From the NCBI RefSeq assembly GCF_009914755.1, contig NC_060947.1: DNA of 64,000 nucleotides. One strand, given 5' to 3'. The stretch is from the human T2T-CHM13v2.0 reference genome, Homo sapiens. Shown here one piece after another: positions 13,575 to 30,026 of this stretch. Under the pieces are notes generated by a model, which was not told the origin of the DNA, ran no database searches, and was given only the letters and a program-made list of their open reading frames with translations. The first letter of the stretch is position 1. Each line of letters starts with the position of its first letter. The position numbers were made by a program, and so were the translations under genes.

Positions 13575-13745
13575 AACACTTTTAAATCAATTCCAACCAT
13601 TAAATTCCTCTGTCATTAAAATACCTAGAGTGGTGTCTGTTTTCCTGTCTGAGTATTGATAAGTAGGTGTTCTATCAATATTTGTGGAATAAACTAATGT
13701 ATAAAATCTGTAATGTCCAAAGCTAAGGTCCAAAGTCCTCCACTC

Positions 13746-14200
13746 TCTTAGTTTGGGTTCCTTTAGAAGCTGACCCTGAGCTAAGAAGTTGGTTGCAATG
13801 TTTCCTGGGAAATATTGGTAAGGGAGTGTAGACATGAGACAGGGAAGGGAACACAATCGAGGTCAATGCAGGGAATGACATCAAGCAAGTTATCACGAGG
13901 GAAAATTGAAACCTAATCTTATGGGGGAACTCTGGGAGCCAGTGTTGAACACGCACCTCAGAGTTACTCTACCTGGGGGGCAAGGGAGTTGGAGAATTTC
14001 TTACCAGCCATCATCAGTCCTTCCTTGAGGGCTACACCAACTCACTGGCACCTCTGATCTGCCACCTGTAGGGGCAGAGCAGGTTCTGGTGGTCAGAGAA
14101 AGTTCTCAGACCACGAGATGCCAATTCTGGCAGTTGGAAGGTAGGTGGGCATGCACTGAAGTGGTAAGGGCTTGGAGTTGGGGATAGAACATCCACAACT
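13746..14200 (-). mobile_element. Ancient ERVL-class LTR (LTR16/LTR67-like)
   Basis: tcttagtttgggttcctttagaagctgaccctgag start typical of these LTRs in reverse orientation. Confidence 0.5.
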
Positions 14201-14559
14201 TCATCTATACTCACAAAATCTACTTTAGCCAATCCAGTCCAGGTTTACCTCCTTCCTATTAACCAATAGACACACACTACATGCACCACTCCCTAGCAAA
14301 ACAGTGCCTTGGAGGCAATAATGTGCGCATTTTGTCCCTTAGTAGGTCTGCAGGATTTCTGACAGCACGGGCCATGACTTGTTTTTCTTTTATGTTTCTC
14401 ACAATGCTGGGTGCCATAGCAACATATATATTTTGGGCACTTAATATATATTGTTGAATTGAATTGATTCTCATAATTGTGTGATATCTATTTCTTATAT
14501 TTGAAGGTGGCTCTCTGTTGAGTTTTCTATGTTTCTTCTTTTTAACCTTTTCCTTCATT

Positions 14560-15130
14560 GCAATATTTTAAGTACACATTAACAAGTGATAACGAGGGAA
14601 ACAACCTAAAGATTTTATTTTTAATGTAAGTATCTCCCTACCTACCAATGTGTTCAGCCTTTGAGGAAATCAATGTTAATACTTACCATTAGCCTTTCAC
14701 AGCCTTTTCCATTTTCTTACAAATGCACGTGAATGTGCACATGCTATGTTTTTGTTTTTACAAAACATATGATTATATTATGTACCTTCCTTTGCCAATT
14801 GTCAATTTACTTGATAATAGGTCATACACACCACCAGGTCAAAATAGATTTAGTTTATTTATTTTAACAGTTGCAGAATATTATCTTTTGTATGTACTGT
14901 AATTTATTCAACCATTATTTTATTGATGAACATGTAATTTGCTTCCAGTTTCTTTTTGCCTCCTTAAACGATGCTGCAGTAAACATCCTACTACAAATAT
15001 TCATTTATATTCTTCAAAGTGCTATTACTATGTCAAAGAGTATGTGCATTTGGAATTTTCATAGATATTGCCAGATTATCTGCCTCTTCTTATCCATATT
15101 GAAAATTCTCATTTCTCTTAAACATTTCAT
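14560..15130 (-). mobile_element. L1ME-type 3' fragment
   Basis: atttattcaaccatt...tattgatgaacatg...gatgctgcagtaaacatcct...gatattgccagatt, a degraded antisense L1 3' end. Confidence 0.6.
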
Positions 15131-16671
15131 ATTTTATTTATATGTAATGGGATTTGTCTAACCAGCATTAATATATACACGGTTATGAATGATAAACTGG
15201 CATGGTACTGCTAGGAATCATTTGCATGTATCAATTGTCATGAGAATTTTCTGCTGAAGGGGAATTGTGGGGGTTTCTTTGTGTCTTGGAGTAGAGAAAT
15301 GTGGCAGAATCTGAAGCAGAGGCTGTGCTTCTTTTGTCTAAGCAATAAAGTATGATGCAGCTTTGGGGAAGCAGACTTGTCCCCACTTCTAAATGGAACA
15401 CAGTGTAGTTGTGGCAGCAAAGAATCTGGCACACAAAAATGCCTACTTAGCTTGGAACATCCTAGGGGATTAGCAGAGATAACTGGGTTGTACTTAGTTC
15501 AGCAGTGGGTAGCAAAAGCCAATGAGACAAGTGTTGTTGCAATTAAAGTAGCTAGCCACTTTCCTCCCCCTAGATTTGTACCCATTGGCTAGCAAGGTGT
15601 GGGAAACTTACTTTACATATAAATGGACTTGAATTCTCAAATTGGTCTAAAATCTTATACCACTTTGAATAGACTCACTTCCTGAAATAGCAAATTATTT
15701 TTCTCTGTTGATCCTTTTATTACTGTAAAAACATTTCAGAGTAGAGAAATATAGTGATGAGATGATGAAACACTTTATTAATATAGCACTGTGAACCTTT
15801 TAATTGAAGTTTGTGCTTTATATTGTTTGCAAATGAGTTTCAAAAATCATAAGGAAAACTTTCCTCCTTTCTGGAAAATTCCCACTTCAAAGCTAAAATG
15901 AAAGCATTTAAAAAAATTAATTTTCAACAACAAAACAGCGTTAATGGATATACCTAAGGGCAATTCAGTGGCGAGAGAAGGCATATATGTTTTATGTACT
16001 AACCCAGCTTTGCCAAGTTTCCCACTTTGCTGCAAAGTTCATTTTCAAAACATTGGTAATCTATCATTTGACAGCTTGTTGCTTCTGAAATTCTAAATTT
16101 CTGGTATGCAGCTAATGTATGTACATTTAAAAAACACTAGATCTGAATTCATATGTATGCAACTCTTAAATTACATGCTGCTGTCAGGTATTGACTTTTA
16201 TGGTTGATAGCTTTAATATTACTATTTGTGTCTCTATAAATTATTTTATCTGAAGCCAAAAAAGATGAAAATCTGGGTTTTATTAATAGATGTACTAAGC
16301 ATAACACTCAAGACATAATTGATATGAATATCAATAGCATGATTTTAATAACATCAAACATTTTGGTGTCATAGGGAAATGTCTTCTAAATGCAGAGTGT
16401 GAAAGGTGCAGTGAATCAGGGGCAGGCTCGTAGGAGGAAATACCTGACTTGAATCTATGAAAAGAATGGAAGAGTCTGAAAACCATTAGAGACAGCATTT
16501 GAAATAGTCCAGAAGATTCACATTTATCATAACCTTGATTTTTACAACCATAAAAATTACAAATTTTATGAACCAAAAACAAAAAATTGGCTGCAATGAG
16601 GCCATCAAGATTTCTAGAACTATGCAAACAATGGGGATTTGTTATTCTCCTTAAATGTTGTATGGAAAATA

Positions 16672-16674
<3 letters not shown>

Positions 16675-16712
<38 letters not shown>
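16675..16712. repeat. (GT)19 microsatellite
   Basis: Uninterrupted GT run seen directly. Confidence 0.97.
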
Positions 16713-16713
<1 letters not shown>

Positions 16714-17155
16714 TTAAGGGAAAATGAGGTGTTTAATTACAGAGAGAGACTCCTTTAGAGTATTTCCTAATGACAGGAATTTATAACTTTAGGGATGTTT
16801 GGTTTCTTTCCAAGTTTGGACCTTAGCTTTGTAGAGTGGCAGATGTATGAGGAAGGAGCTTTAACAGGGTTTCTTTGAGAGAGGACAAAGTAATGCAGAT
16901 GTAACAGAGGGCAGAGAATCCCTTAATGAAACTCCTTGCTGATCAAGTTTGACAGAAGAAGACACAGAGGAAGTCCTGACACCAGAGCCCCACAAAGTGT
17001 TGAACCCCTGGCAGTTGACTCATGGAAAAAGGGCCATTGATTGACCCAAAGTGAGATAGAGCAAAGTGGTCTTTAACACTTCCCATTCAATCCCTTCTCT
17101 CCCTTTCTAACTTCAAGCTCTATGGCCTCAGCTTACTCTCCAGTTACTCAGAACT

Positions 17156-17534
17156 TGATGTGGTTTGGCTGTGTCCCACTCAAATCTCATCTTGAATTCT
17201 GGTTCCCATAATCCCCATGTGTCATGGGAGGGACATGGTCGGGGGGTGGGTGAGATAATTGAATCATAGGGGAAGTGCCCCAGGCTGCTGTTCTCGTGAT
17301 AGTGAGTGAATTCTCATGAGATCTAATGGTTTTATAAGGGGCTCCCCACATTTTCTCTGCACTTCTCTCCTCCCACCATGTGATGGATGTGTTTGCTTCC
17401 ACTTCTGCCATGATTTTAAGTTTCCTGAGGCCTCCCCAGCCATGCTGAACTGTGACTCAATTAAACATCTTCCCTTTATAAATTACCCAGTCTCCAATAT
17501 GTCTTTATTAGCAGGGTGAGAATGGACTAATACG
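17156..17534 (+). mobile_element. THE1 (THE1C/D-like) 5' LTR
   Basis: tgatgtggtttggctgtgtcccactcaaatctcatcttgaatt...tttcctgaggcctccccagccatg...ggactaatacg; preceded by TSD GAACT at 17151-17155. Confidence 0.95.
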
Positions 17535-17990
17535 GTAAATTGATACCGGGAGTGAGATGCTGCTGTAAAGATACCCAAAAATGTGAAAGTGGGTAACAGG
17601 ACTTTGGAAGTGGGTAACAGGCAGAGGTTGGAACCGTTTGGAGGGCTCAGAAGATGATATGAAAATGTGGGAAAGTTTGGAACTTCCTAGAGACTTGGAG
17701 CACTCAGAAGACAGGAAGATGTGGGAAAGTTTGGAATTTCCTAGAGACCCGTTAAATGGCTTTGACCAAAATGTTGATAGTGATATGGACAATAACGTCT
17801 ATGCTGAGGTGGTCTCATATGGAGATAAGAAACTTTTTGGAAATGGGAGGAAAGGTCACTCTTGCTATGCAGAGACTGGTGGCATTTTGCACCTGCCCTA
17901 GAGGTCTGTAAACTTTGAAGTTGAGAGAGATGATTTAGGGTATCTGGCAGAATAAATTTCTAAGGGGCAAAGCATTCAAGAGGAAAAAGA
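17535..17990 (+). mobile_element. THE1-int, 5' part
   Basis: gtaaattgatacc...gtgggaaagtttggaacttcctagagac...gatttagggtatctggcag follows the LTR directly. Confidence 0.9.
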
Positions 17991-17992
17991 GA

Positions 17993-20764
17993 GAGTTACA
18001 TCATCATGGCAGACAGGAAGCTGGACTAGATTGCAGCTCTGGAAAGAGCAGTGTGTGGAGGCTCACATTGTGAATTTGAGCTCCAGATCCACTGCAAGAC
18101 AAACTGACAATCCTGAGAGGACCCACATACCCTCCGAAGGAAACAGACTGCTCCTGCAGGACCCGGGAGACCCCCATATACTCTGATTGCCCCAACTGCA
18201 GAAGTAGGAATGGGAAGCCCTCCTCTCCCAAACACACACCCCACTGGAGAAACCGAAGGTCTGTTTGCAGGAAAAGTTTCCAACCTTACCTGGAGCTGAG
18301 TTAACTTGGGGAGCCGAGTGAAATACAGGAAGCAGCAGAAAGGCCCTCGGAGCTCGCTGGGTCTCCAAGTAGCCCATTCCTGCCTGGTACCACAGAGATC
18401 CATCAGGAGGGTAGCCAGAGGAGCAGGGGGTAAAACTCCACAGGGAGAAGGAAATCTGTAGCTGAACTTTGTAACAATTTGAATGGGGCGAGAAGCCTCC
18501 TGGCCAGAACTCAGGGGAGTGCACAAATTTGGCATGCAGACTCCTCCTCAAGCAAGGGAAGAACCAAGCCCTTTTCTTTTGTAGCTGGAAGGCAGGTAGC
18601 CTGGGACAAGTTTTCAAGCCTATCTCACCCACCACCTGCAAACAGACTCTGGGCTTTTGGAGTGGGGAACAGTGGGAGTGAGACTGGCCCTTCAGTTTGC
18701 ATGGGAGCTGGGTGAGGCCTGTGACTGCTGGCTTCTCCCCACTTTCCTGACAACCTGCAAGATTCAGCAGGGGCAGCCATAATTCTCCTAGGCACACAAC
18801 TCCAGTGACCTGGGAATCTCACCCCGATTCCCCACAGCAGCTGCAGCAAGACCTGCCCAAGGAGAGTCTGAGCTCAGACACACCTGGCCCTTCCCCCACC
18901 TGATGGTCCTTCCCTACCCACCCTGGTAGCAGAAGACAAAGGGCATATAATCTTGGGAGTTCTAGGGCCCTGCCCACCACAAGTTCCTCTCCATACTACC
19001 ACAGCTGATGCTCTCTGGAAAGCACCACCAACTGTCAGGAGGCCAACCAGCATAAAAAGAGAGCATTAAACCAAGAAAGTTAAGAACCATCACAGAGTCC
19101 ATTGCACCCCTCTATCATCTCCACTGGAACAGGCACTCATATCCACGGCTGAGAGACCTATAGACGGTTCACATCACAGGACTCTGTGCAGGCAACCCCC
19201 AGTACCAGCCTGGAGCCAGGTAGACTTGCAGGGTGGATAGACCTAGAAGAGAGACAACAATCACAGCAGTTCAGCTCACAGGAAGCCACATCCATAGGAA
19301 AAGGGGGAGGGTACTACATCAAGGGAACAAGAGAAAGGTGAAGCCCAGTGCAAGGAAATCCAAAAAAAAAAAAAAAAAGATACAAGAAATGAAGCAAGAG
19401 ATATTCAAGGAAATAGATAGATTAAAGAAAAATCAATCACCAAAATTCAGGAAACTTTGGACACACTTTTAGAAATGTGAAATGCTCTGGAAAGTCTCAG
19501 AAATAAAATTGAACAAGTAGAAGAAAGAAATTCAGAGCTCAAAGACAAGGTCTTTGAATTAATCCAATCCAACAAAGAAAAAGAAAAAATAATAATAAAA
19601 CATGAACAAAGCCTCCAAGAAGTCTGGGATTACATTAAATGACCAAACCTAAGAATAATCGGTGTTCCTGAGGAAGAAGGGAATTCTAAAAGCTTGGAAA
19701 ACGTATTTCGGGAATAAGTGAGGAAAACTTCCCTGGCTTTGCTAGAGATCTAGACATCCAAAAATACAAGAAACACAGAGAACACCTGGGAAATTAATTG
19801 CAAAAAGATCATCGCTTAGGCACATCATCATCAAGTTATCCAAAGTAAAGACAAAGGAAAGAATCTTAAGAGTTGTGACACAAAAGCGATGGATAACCTA
19901 TAAAGGAAAACCTATCAGATTAACAGATTTCTTAGCAGAAACCCTACAAGTTATAAGGGATTGGGGCCCTATCTTCAGCCTCCTCAAATGAAACAATTAT
20001 CAGCCAAGAATTTTGTATCTACCAAAACTAAGCATCATATATGAAGGAAAGATACAGTCTTTTGCAGACAAACAAATGCTTAGAGAATTCACTACTACCA
20101 AGCCACCACTACAAGAACTGCTAAAAGGAGCTCTAAATCTTGAAACAAATCCTGGAAACACATCAAAACAGAATATCTTTAAAGGATAAATTACACAGGA
20201 CCTATAAAACAAAAATGCAAATTAAAAAGCAAAAACAAAAAACAAAAAAACAAAAGTACACAGGCAACCAAGAGCATGGTGAACGCCATGGTACCTCACA
20301 TTTCAATACTAACATTAAACGTAAATGGCCTAAATGCTCCACTTAAAAGATACAGAACCACAGAATGGCAGACAACTATCTGCTGCCTTCAGGAGACTCA
20401 CCTAACACATAAGGCGACTCATATAAACTTAAAGTAAAGGGGTGGGGAAAGGCATTTTAGGCAAATTGACACCAAAAGCAAGCAGGGGTAGCTATTTTTA
20501 TATCAGACAAAACAAACATTAAAGCAGCAGCAGTTAAAAGAGACAAAGAGGGACATTATATAATGGTAAGAGGCCTTGTCCAACAGGAAAATATCATAAT
20601 CCTAAACATATATGAACCTAACACTGGAGCTCCCAAATTTATAAAACAAATACTAATAGACTGAAGAAATGAGTTAGACAGCAACACAATAATAGTGGGG
20701 GACTTCAGTACTCCACTGACAGCACTAGACAGGTCCACAACACAGAAAGTCAACAAAGAAACAA
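17993..20764 (+). mobile_element. L1PB (L1PBa-type 5' UTR), 5' part: 5' UTR, degraded ORF1, start of ORF2 endonuclease
   Basis: atggcagacaggaagctggactagattgcagctc 5' end; ORF1 remnants around 19330-20200; ORF2 start ...tcacatttcaatactaacattaaacgtaaatggcc; reads QKVNKET up to the insertion point. Confidence 0.9.
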
Positions 20765-20766
20765 CT

Positions 20767-21779
20767 GAGGGTGGAGCCAAGATGGCCGAATAGGAACAGC
20801 TCCATTCTACAGCTCCCAGCATGAGCGACGCAGAAGACGGGTGATTTCTGCATTTCGAATTGAGGTACCGGGTTCATCTCACTGGGGAATGTTGGGCAGT
20901 GGGTGCAGTGCACTGAGTGTGAGCCGAAGAAGGGCGAGGCATCGCTTCACCTGGGAAGTGCAAGGGGTCAGGGAGTTCCCTTTCCTAGTCAAAGAAAGGG
21001 GTGACAGATGGCACCTGGAAAATCGGGTCACTCCCACCCTAATACTGCACTTTTCCAATGGTCTTAGCAAACGGCACACCAGGAGATTATATCCCACGCT
21101 TGGCTCGGAGGGTCCTAGCCCACAGAGCCTCACTCATTGCTAGCACAGCAGTCTGAGATCAAACTGCAAGGCAGTAGCGAGGCTTGGGGAGGGGCGCCCA
21201 CCATTGCTGGGGCTTGAGTAGGTAAACAAAGCGGCCAGGAAGCTCGAACTGGGTGGAGCCCACCGCAGCTCAAGGAAGCCTGCCTGCCTCTGTAGACTCC
21301 ACCTCAGGGGGCAGGGCATAGACAAACAAAAGGCAGCAGAAACCTCTGCAGACTTAAATGTCCCTGTCTGACAGCTTTGAAGAGAGTAGTGGTTCTCCCA
21401 GCACGCAGCCGGAGATCTGAGAACGGACAGACTGCCTCCTCAAGTGAGTTCCTGACCCACGAGTAGCCTAACTGGGAGGCACCCCCCAGGAGGGGCAGAC
21501 TGACACCTCACATGGCTGGGTACTCCTCTGAGACAAAACTTACAGCGGAACGATCAGGCAGCAACATTTGCTGTTCACCAAAATCTGCTGTTCTGCAGCC
21601 TCCGCTGCTGATACCCAGCCAAACAGGATCTGGAGTGGACCTCCAGCAAACTCCAACAGACCTGCAGCTGAAGGTCCTGACTGTTAGAAGGAAAACTAAC
21701 AAACAGAAAGGACATCCACACCAAAACCCCATCTGTATGTCACCATCATCAGAGATCAAAGGTAGATAAAACAACAAAG
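20767..21779 (+). promoter_or_regulatory. L1PA4 5' UTR: internal sense promoter and antisense promoter region
   Basis: YY1 site CAAGATGGCC at 20778-20787; relatively CpG-rich; promoter function is inferred from established L1 biology, not shown for this copy. Confidence 0.7.
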
Positions 21780-22774
21780 ATGCAGAAAAAACAGAGCAGA
21801 AAACCTGGAAACTCTAAAAATCAGAGCACCTCTCCTCCTCCAAAGGAATGCAGCTGCTCACCAGCAACAGAACAAAGCTGGATGGAGAATGACTTTGACA
21901 AGTTGAGAGAAGAAGGCTTCAGATGATCAAACTACTCTGATCTAAAGGAGGAAGTTAGAACCCATGGCAAAGAGGTTAAAAACCTTGAAAAAAAATTAAA
22001 CGAATGGCTAACTAGAATAACCAATGCAGAGAAGTCCTTAAAGGACCTGATGGAGCTGAAAACCATGGCACGAGAACTATGAGATGAATGCACAAGCCTC
22101 AGTAGCCGATGCGATCAACTGGAAGAAAGGGTATCAGTGATGGAAGATCAAATGAATGAAATGAAGCAAGAAGAGAAGTTTAGAGAAAAAAGAATAAAAA
22201 GAAATGAACAAAGCCTCCAAGAAATATGGGACTATGTGAAAAGACCAAATCTAAGTGATGGGGAGAAGGGAACCAAGTTGGAAAACATCTGCAGGATACT
22301 ATCCAGGAGAACTTCCCCAATCTAGCAAGGCAGGCCAATATTCAAATTCAGGAAATACAGAGAATGCCACAAAGATACTCCTCGAGAAGAGCAACTCCAA
22401 GACACATAATTGTCCAATTCACCAAAGTTGAAATGTAGGAAAAAATGTTAAGGGCAGCCAGAGAGAAAGGTCATGTTACCCACAAAGGGAAGCCCTTCAG
22501 AATAACAGCTGATCTCTCGGCAGAAACTCTACGAGCCAGAAGATAGTGGGGGCCAATATTCAACATTCTTAAAGAAAAGAATTTTCAACCCAGAATTTCA
22601 TGTCCAGCCAAACTAAGCTTCATAAGTGAAGGAGAAATAAAATCCCTTACAGACAAGCAAATGCTGAGAGAATTTGTCACCACCAGACCTGCCCTAAAAG
22701 AGCTCCTGAAGGAAGCACTAAACATGGAAAGGAAAAACCGGTACCAGCCACTGCAAAAACATGCCAAATTGTAA
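21780..22774 (+). pseudogene. L1 ORF1p (RNA-binding chaperone) pseudogene
   Basis: ATG at 21780 (MQKKQSRK); premature TGA at 21924-21926; a deletion of roughly 20 bp near 22253; native stop TAA at 22772-22774. Confidence 0.92.
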
Positions 22775-22837
22775 AGACCATCGAGGCTAGGAAGAAACTG
22801 CATCAACTAACGAGCAAAATAACCAGCTAACATCATA

Positions 22838-26664
<3,827 letters not shown>

Positions 26665-26884
26665 ACAATGAGAACACATGGACACAGGAAGGGGAACATC
26701 ACACACCGGGGCCTGTTGTGGGGTCGGGGGAGGGGGGAGGGATAGCATTAGGAGATATACCTAATGTTAAATGAAGAGCTAATGGGTGCAGCACACCAAC
26801 ATGGCACATGCATACATATGTAACAAACCTGCACGTTGTGCACATGTACCCTAAAACTTAAAGTATAATAAAAAAAAGAAACAA

Positions 26885-29800
26885 TGGATTTAAACTATAC
26901 CTTGGAACAAATAAACTTAACAGTTATATACAGAACATTTCATCCAACAATTGCAAAATACACGTTCTATTCAACAGTGCATGTAACTTTCCTCAAGGTA
27001 GACCATATGATAGGCCATAAAACAACCCTCAATAAATGTAAGAAAACTAAAATTATATCAAGCAGTCTCTCAGACCACCATGGAATAAAACTGGAAATTG
27101 ACTCCAAAAGAAACCTTTGAAACCATACAAATACATGGAAATTAGATGACTTGCTCTTACATGAGCATTGGGTCAAAAACAAAATCAAGATAGAAATTAA
27201 AGAATTATTTGAACTAAATGACAATAATGACACAACCTACCAAAACCTCTGGGGTACAACAAGGGCACTGCTAAGAGGAAAGTTCATAGCCCTGAACACC
27301 TACATCAAAAAGACTGAAAGAGCACAAATCAACATTCTAAGGTCACACCTCAAGGAACTAGAGAAACAAGAAGAAACCAAACCCAAACCCAGCAGAAGAA
27401 AGGAAATGACCAAAATCAGAGCAGAACTAAAGGAAATTGAAACAGAAAAAAAAATACAAAAGATAAATGAAACAAAAAGCTGGTTCTTTGAAAACATAAA
27501 TAAAATCGATAGACCATTAGCAAGATTAACCAAGAAAAGAAGAGAGAAAATCCAAATAACCTCACTAAGAAATGAAACAGGAAATATTACAACTGACACC
27601 ACTGAAATACGAAAGATCATTCAAGGCTACTATGAACACCTTTACGCACATAAACCAGAAAACCTAGAAGAGATGAATAAATTCCTGGAAAAATACAACC
27701 CTCCTGGCTTAAATCAGGAATAATTAGATTCCCCAAACAGACCAATAACAAGCAGCAAGATTGAAATGGTAATGAAAAAATTACCAACAAAAAAACAGTC
27801 CAGAACCAGATGGATTCACAGCAGAATTCTACCAGACATTCGAAGAAGAACTGGTACCAATCCTTCTGACCCTATTCCACAAGATAGAGAAAGAAGAAAC
27901 TCTCCCAAATTTATTTTATGAAGCCAGCATCACCCTAATACCAAAACCAGGGAAGGACTTAACCAAAAAAGAAAACAACAGACCAATATCCTTGATGAAC
28001 ATAGATGCTAAAATCCTTAACAAAATACTAGCTAACTGAATCCAACAACATATCAAAAAGATAATCCACCATGATCAAGTGGGTTTCATACCAGGGATGC
28101 AGGGATGGTTTAACATATGCAGTCAATAAATGTGATACACCACATAAACAGAATTAAAAACAAAAATTACATGATCATCTTAAAAGATGCAGAAAAAGCA
28201 TTAGACAAAATCCAGCATCTCTTTATGATTAAAACTCTCAGCAAAATTGACATACAAGGGATGTACCTTAATGTAATAAAAGCCATCTATGACAAACCCA
28301 CAGTCAGCATAATACTGAATGGGGAAAAGTTGAAAGCATTCCCTCTGAGAACTGAAACAAGACAAGGATAGCCACTCTCACCACTCCTCTTCAACATAGC
28401 ACTGGAAATTCTAGCCAAAGCAATCAGACAAGAGAAAGAAATAAAAGGCATCCAAATAGGTAAAGAGAAAGTCAAACTGTCACTGTTTGCTGACAGTATG
28501 AACATTTACCTTGAAAACCCTAAAGACTCCTCCAGAAAACTGCTATAAATGATGAAAGATTCAGCAAAGTGTCCGAATACAAGATTAATGTACACAAATC
28601 AGTAGCTCTTTTATACATCAAAAGTGACAAAGTGGAGAATCAAATCAAGAACTCAACTCCTTTTACAATAGCTGCAAAAAAAATAAAATACCTAGGCATA
28701 TACCTAACCAAGAAGTCAAAAGGCTTCTACAAGGAAAACTAACAAAACACTGCTGAAAGAAATCACAGATGACACAAAAATTTGAAACACATCCCATGCT
28801 CATGGATGGGTAGAATCAATATTGTGAAAATGACCAGACTGTCAAAAGAAATCTACAAATTCAATGCAATCCGCATCAAAATATCACCATCATTCTTCAC
28901 CGAATTAGATACAACAGAGCCCACATAGCCAAAGTAAGACTAAGCAAAAAGAATAAATCTGGAGGCATCACACTACCTGATTTCAAACTGTATTGTAAGG
29001 CCATAGTCACCAAAACAGCAAGGTACTGGTATAAAAACAGGCACATAGACCAATGGAACAAAACAGAGAACTCAGAAATAAACCCAAATACTTACAGCTA
29101 ACTGATCTTCGACAAAGTAAACAAAAACATAAAGTAGGGAAAGGACACCCTATTCAACAAATGGTGCTGAGATAATTGGCTAGCCACATGTAGGAGAATG
29201 AAACTGGATCCTCATCTCTCACCTTATATAAAAATCAACTCAAGATGGATTAAGGACTTAAACCTAAGACCTGACACTATAAAAATTTTAGAAGATAACC
29301 TTGGAAAACCCCCTCTAGACAATGGCTTAGGCAAGGATTTCATGACCAAGAACCCAAAAGCAAATGCAATAAAAAAAAAAGCTAAATAGCTGGGACCTAA
29401 TTAAATTAAAGAGCTTTTGCATGGCAAAAGGAATAGTCAGCAGAGTAAACAGATGACCCACAGAGTGGGATAAAATCTTCATAATCTATACAACTACATA
29501 GGACTAATATCCAGAATCTACAATAAACTCAAACAAATCAGTAAGAAAAAAATCAAACAAACCCATCAAAAAGTAGGCTAAGGACATGAACAGACAATTC
29601 TCAAAAGAAGATATATAAATAGCCAACAAACATACAAAAAAAACTGAGCATCACTAACGATCAGGGAAATGCAAATCAAAACCACAATGCGATATCACCT
29701 TACTCCTGCAAGAATGGCCATAATAAAAAAATCAGAAAACAGTAGATGTTGGCCTGGATACGGTGATCAGGAAACACTTCTACACTGATGGTGGGAATGT

Positions 29801-30018
29801 AAACTAGTACAGCCACTATGGAAACAGTGTGGAGACTCCTTGAAGACCTAAAAGTGGAACTAGTATTTGATCCAGCAATCTCACTCCTTTGTATCTACCC
29901 AGAGGAAAAGAAGTCATTATTTGAAAAAGACACTTGCACACACATGTTTATAACAGCACAATTTGCAATTGCAAAAATATGGAACCAACCCAAATGCCCA
30001 TCAATCAACTAATGGATA
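26885..30018 (+). mobile_element. L1PB continuation (degraded ORF2), 3' end missing
   Basis: Resumes MDLNYTLEQ directly after the TSD; RT motif reads FADS near 28486; ends at ...cccatcaatcaactaatggata with no 3' UTR or poly-A. Confidence 0.92.
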
Positions 30019-30026
30019 TATCAATG

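Noticed and set aside
26720-26741. G-quadruplex-forming run ggggtcgggggaggggggaggg
   Set aside because: Standard feature of the L1PA 3' UTR, not locus-specific.
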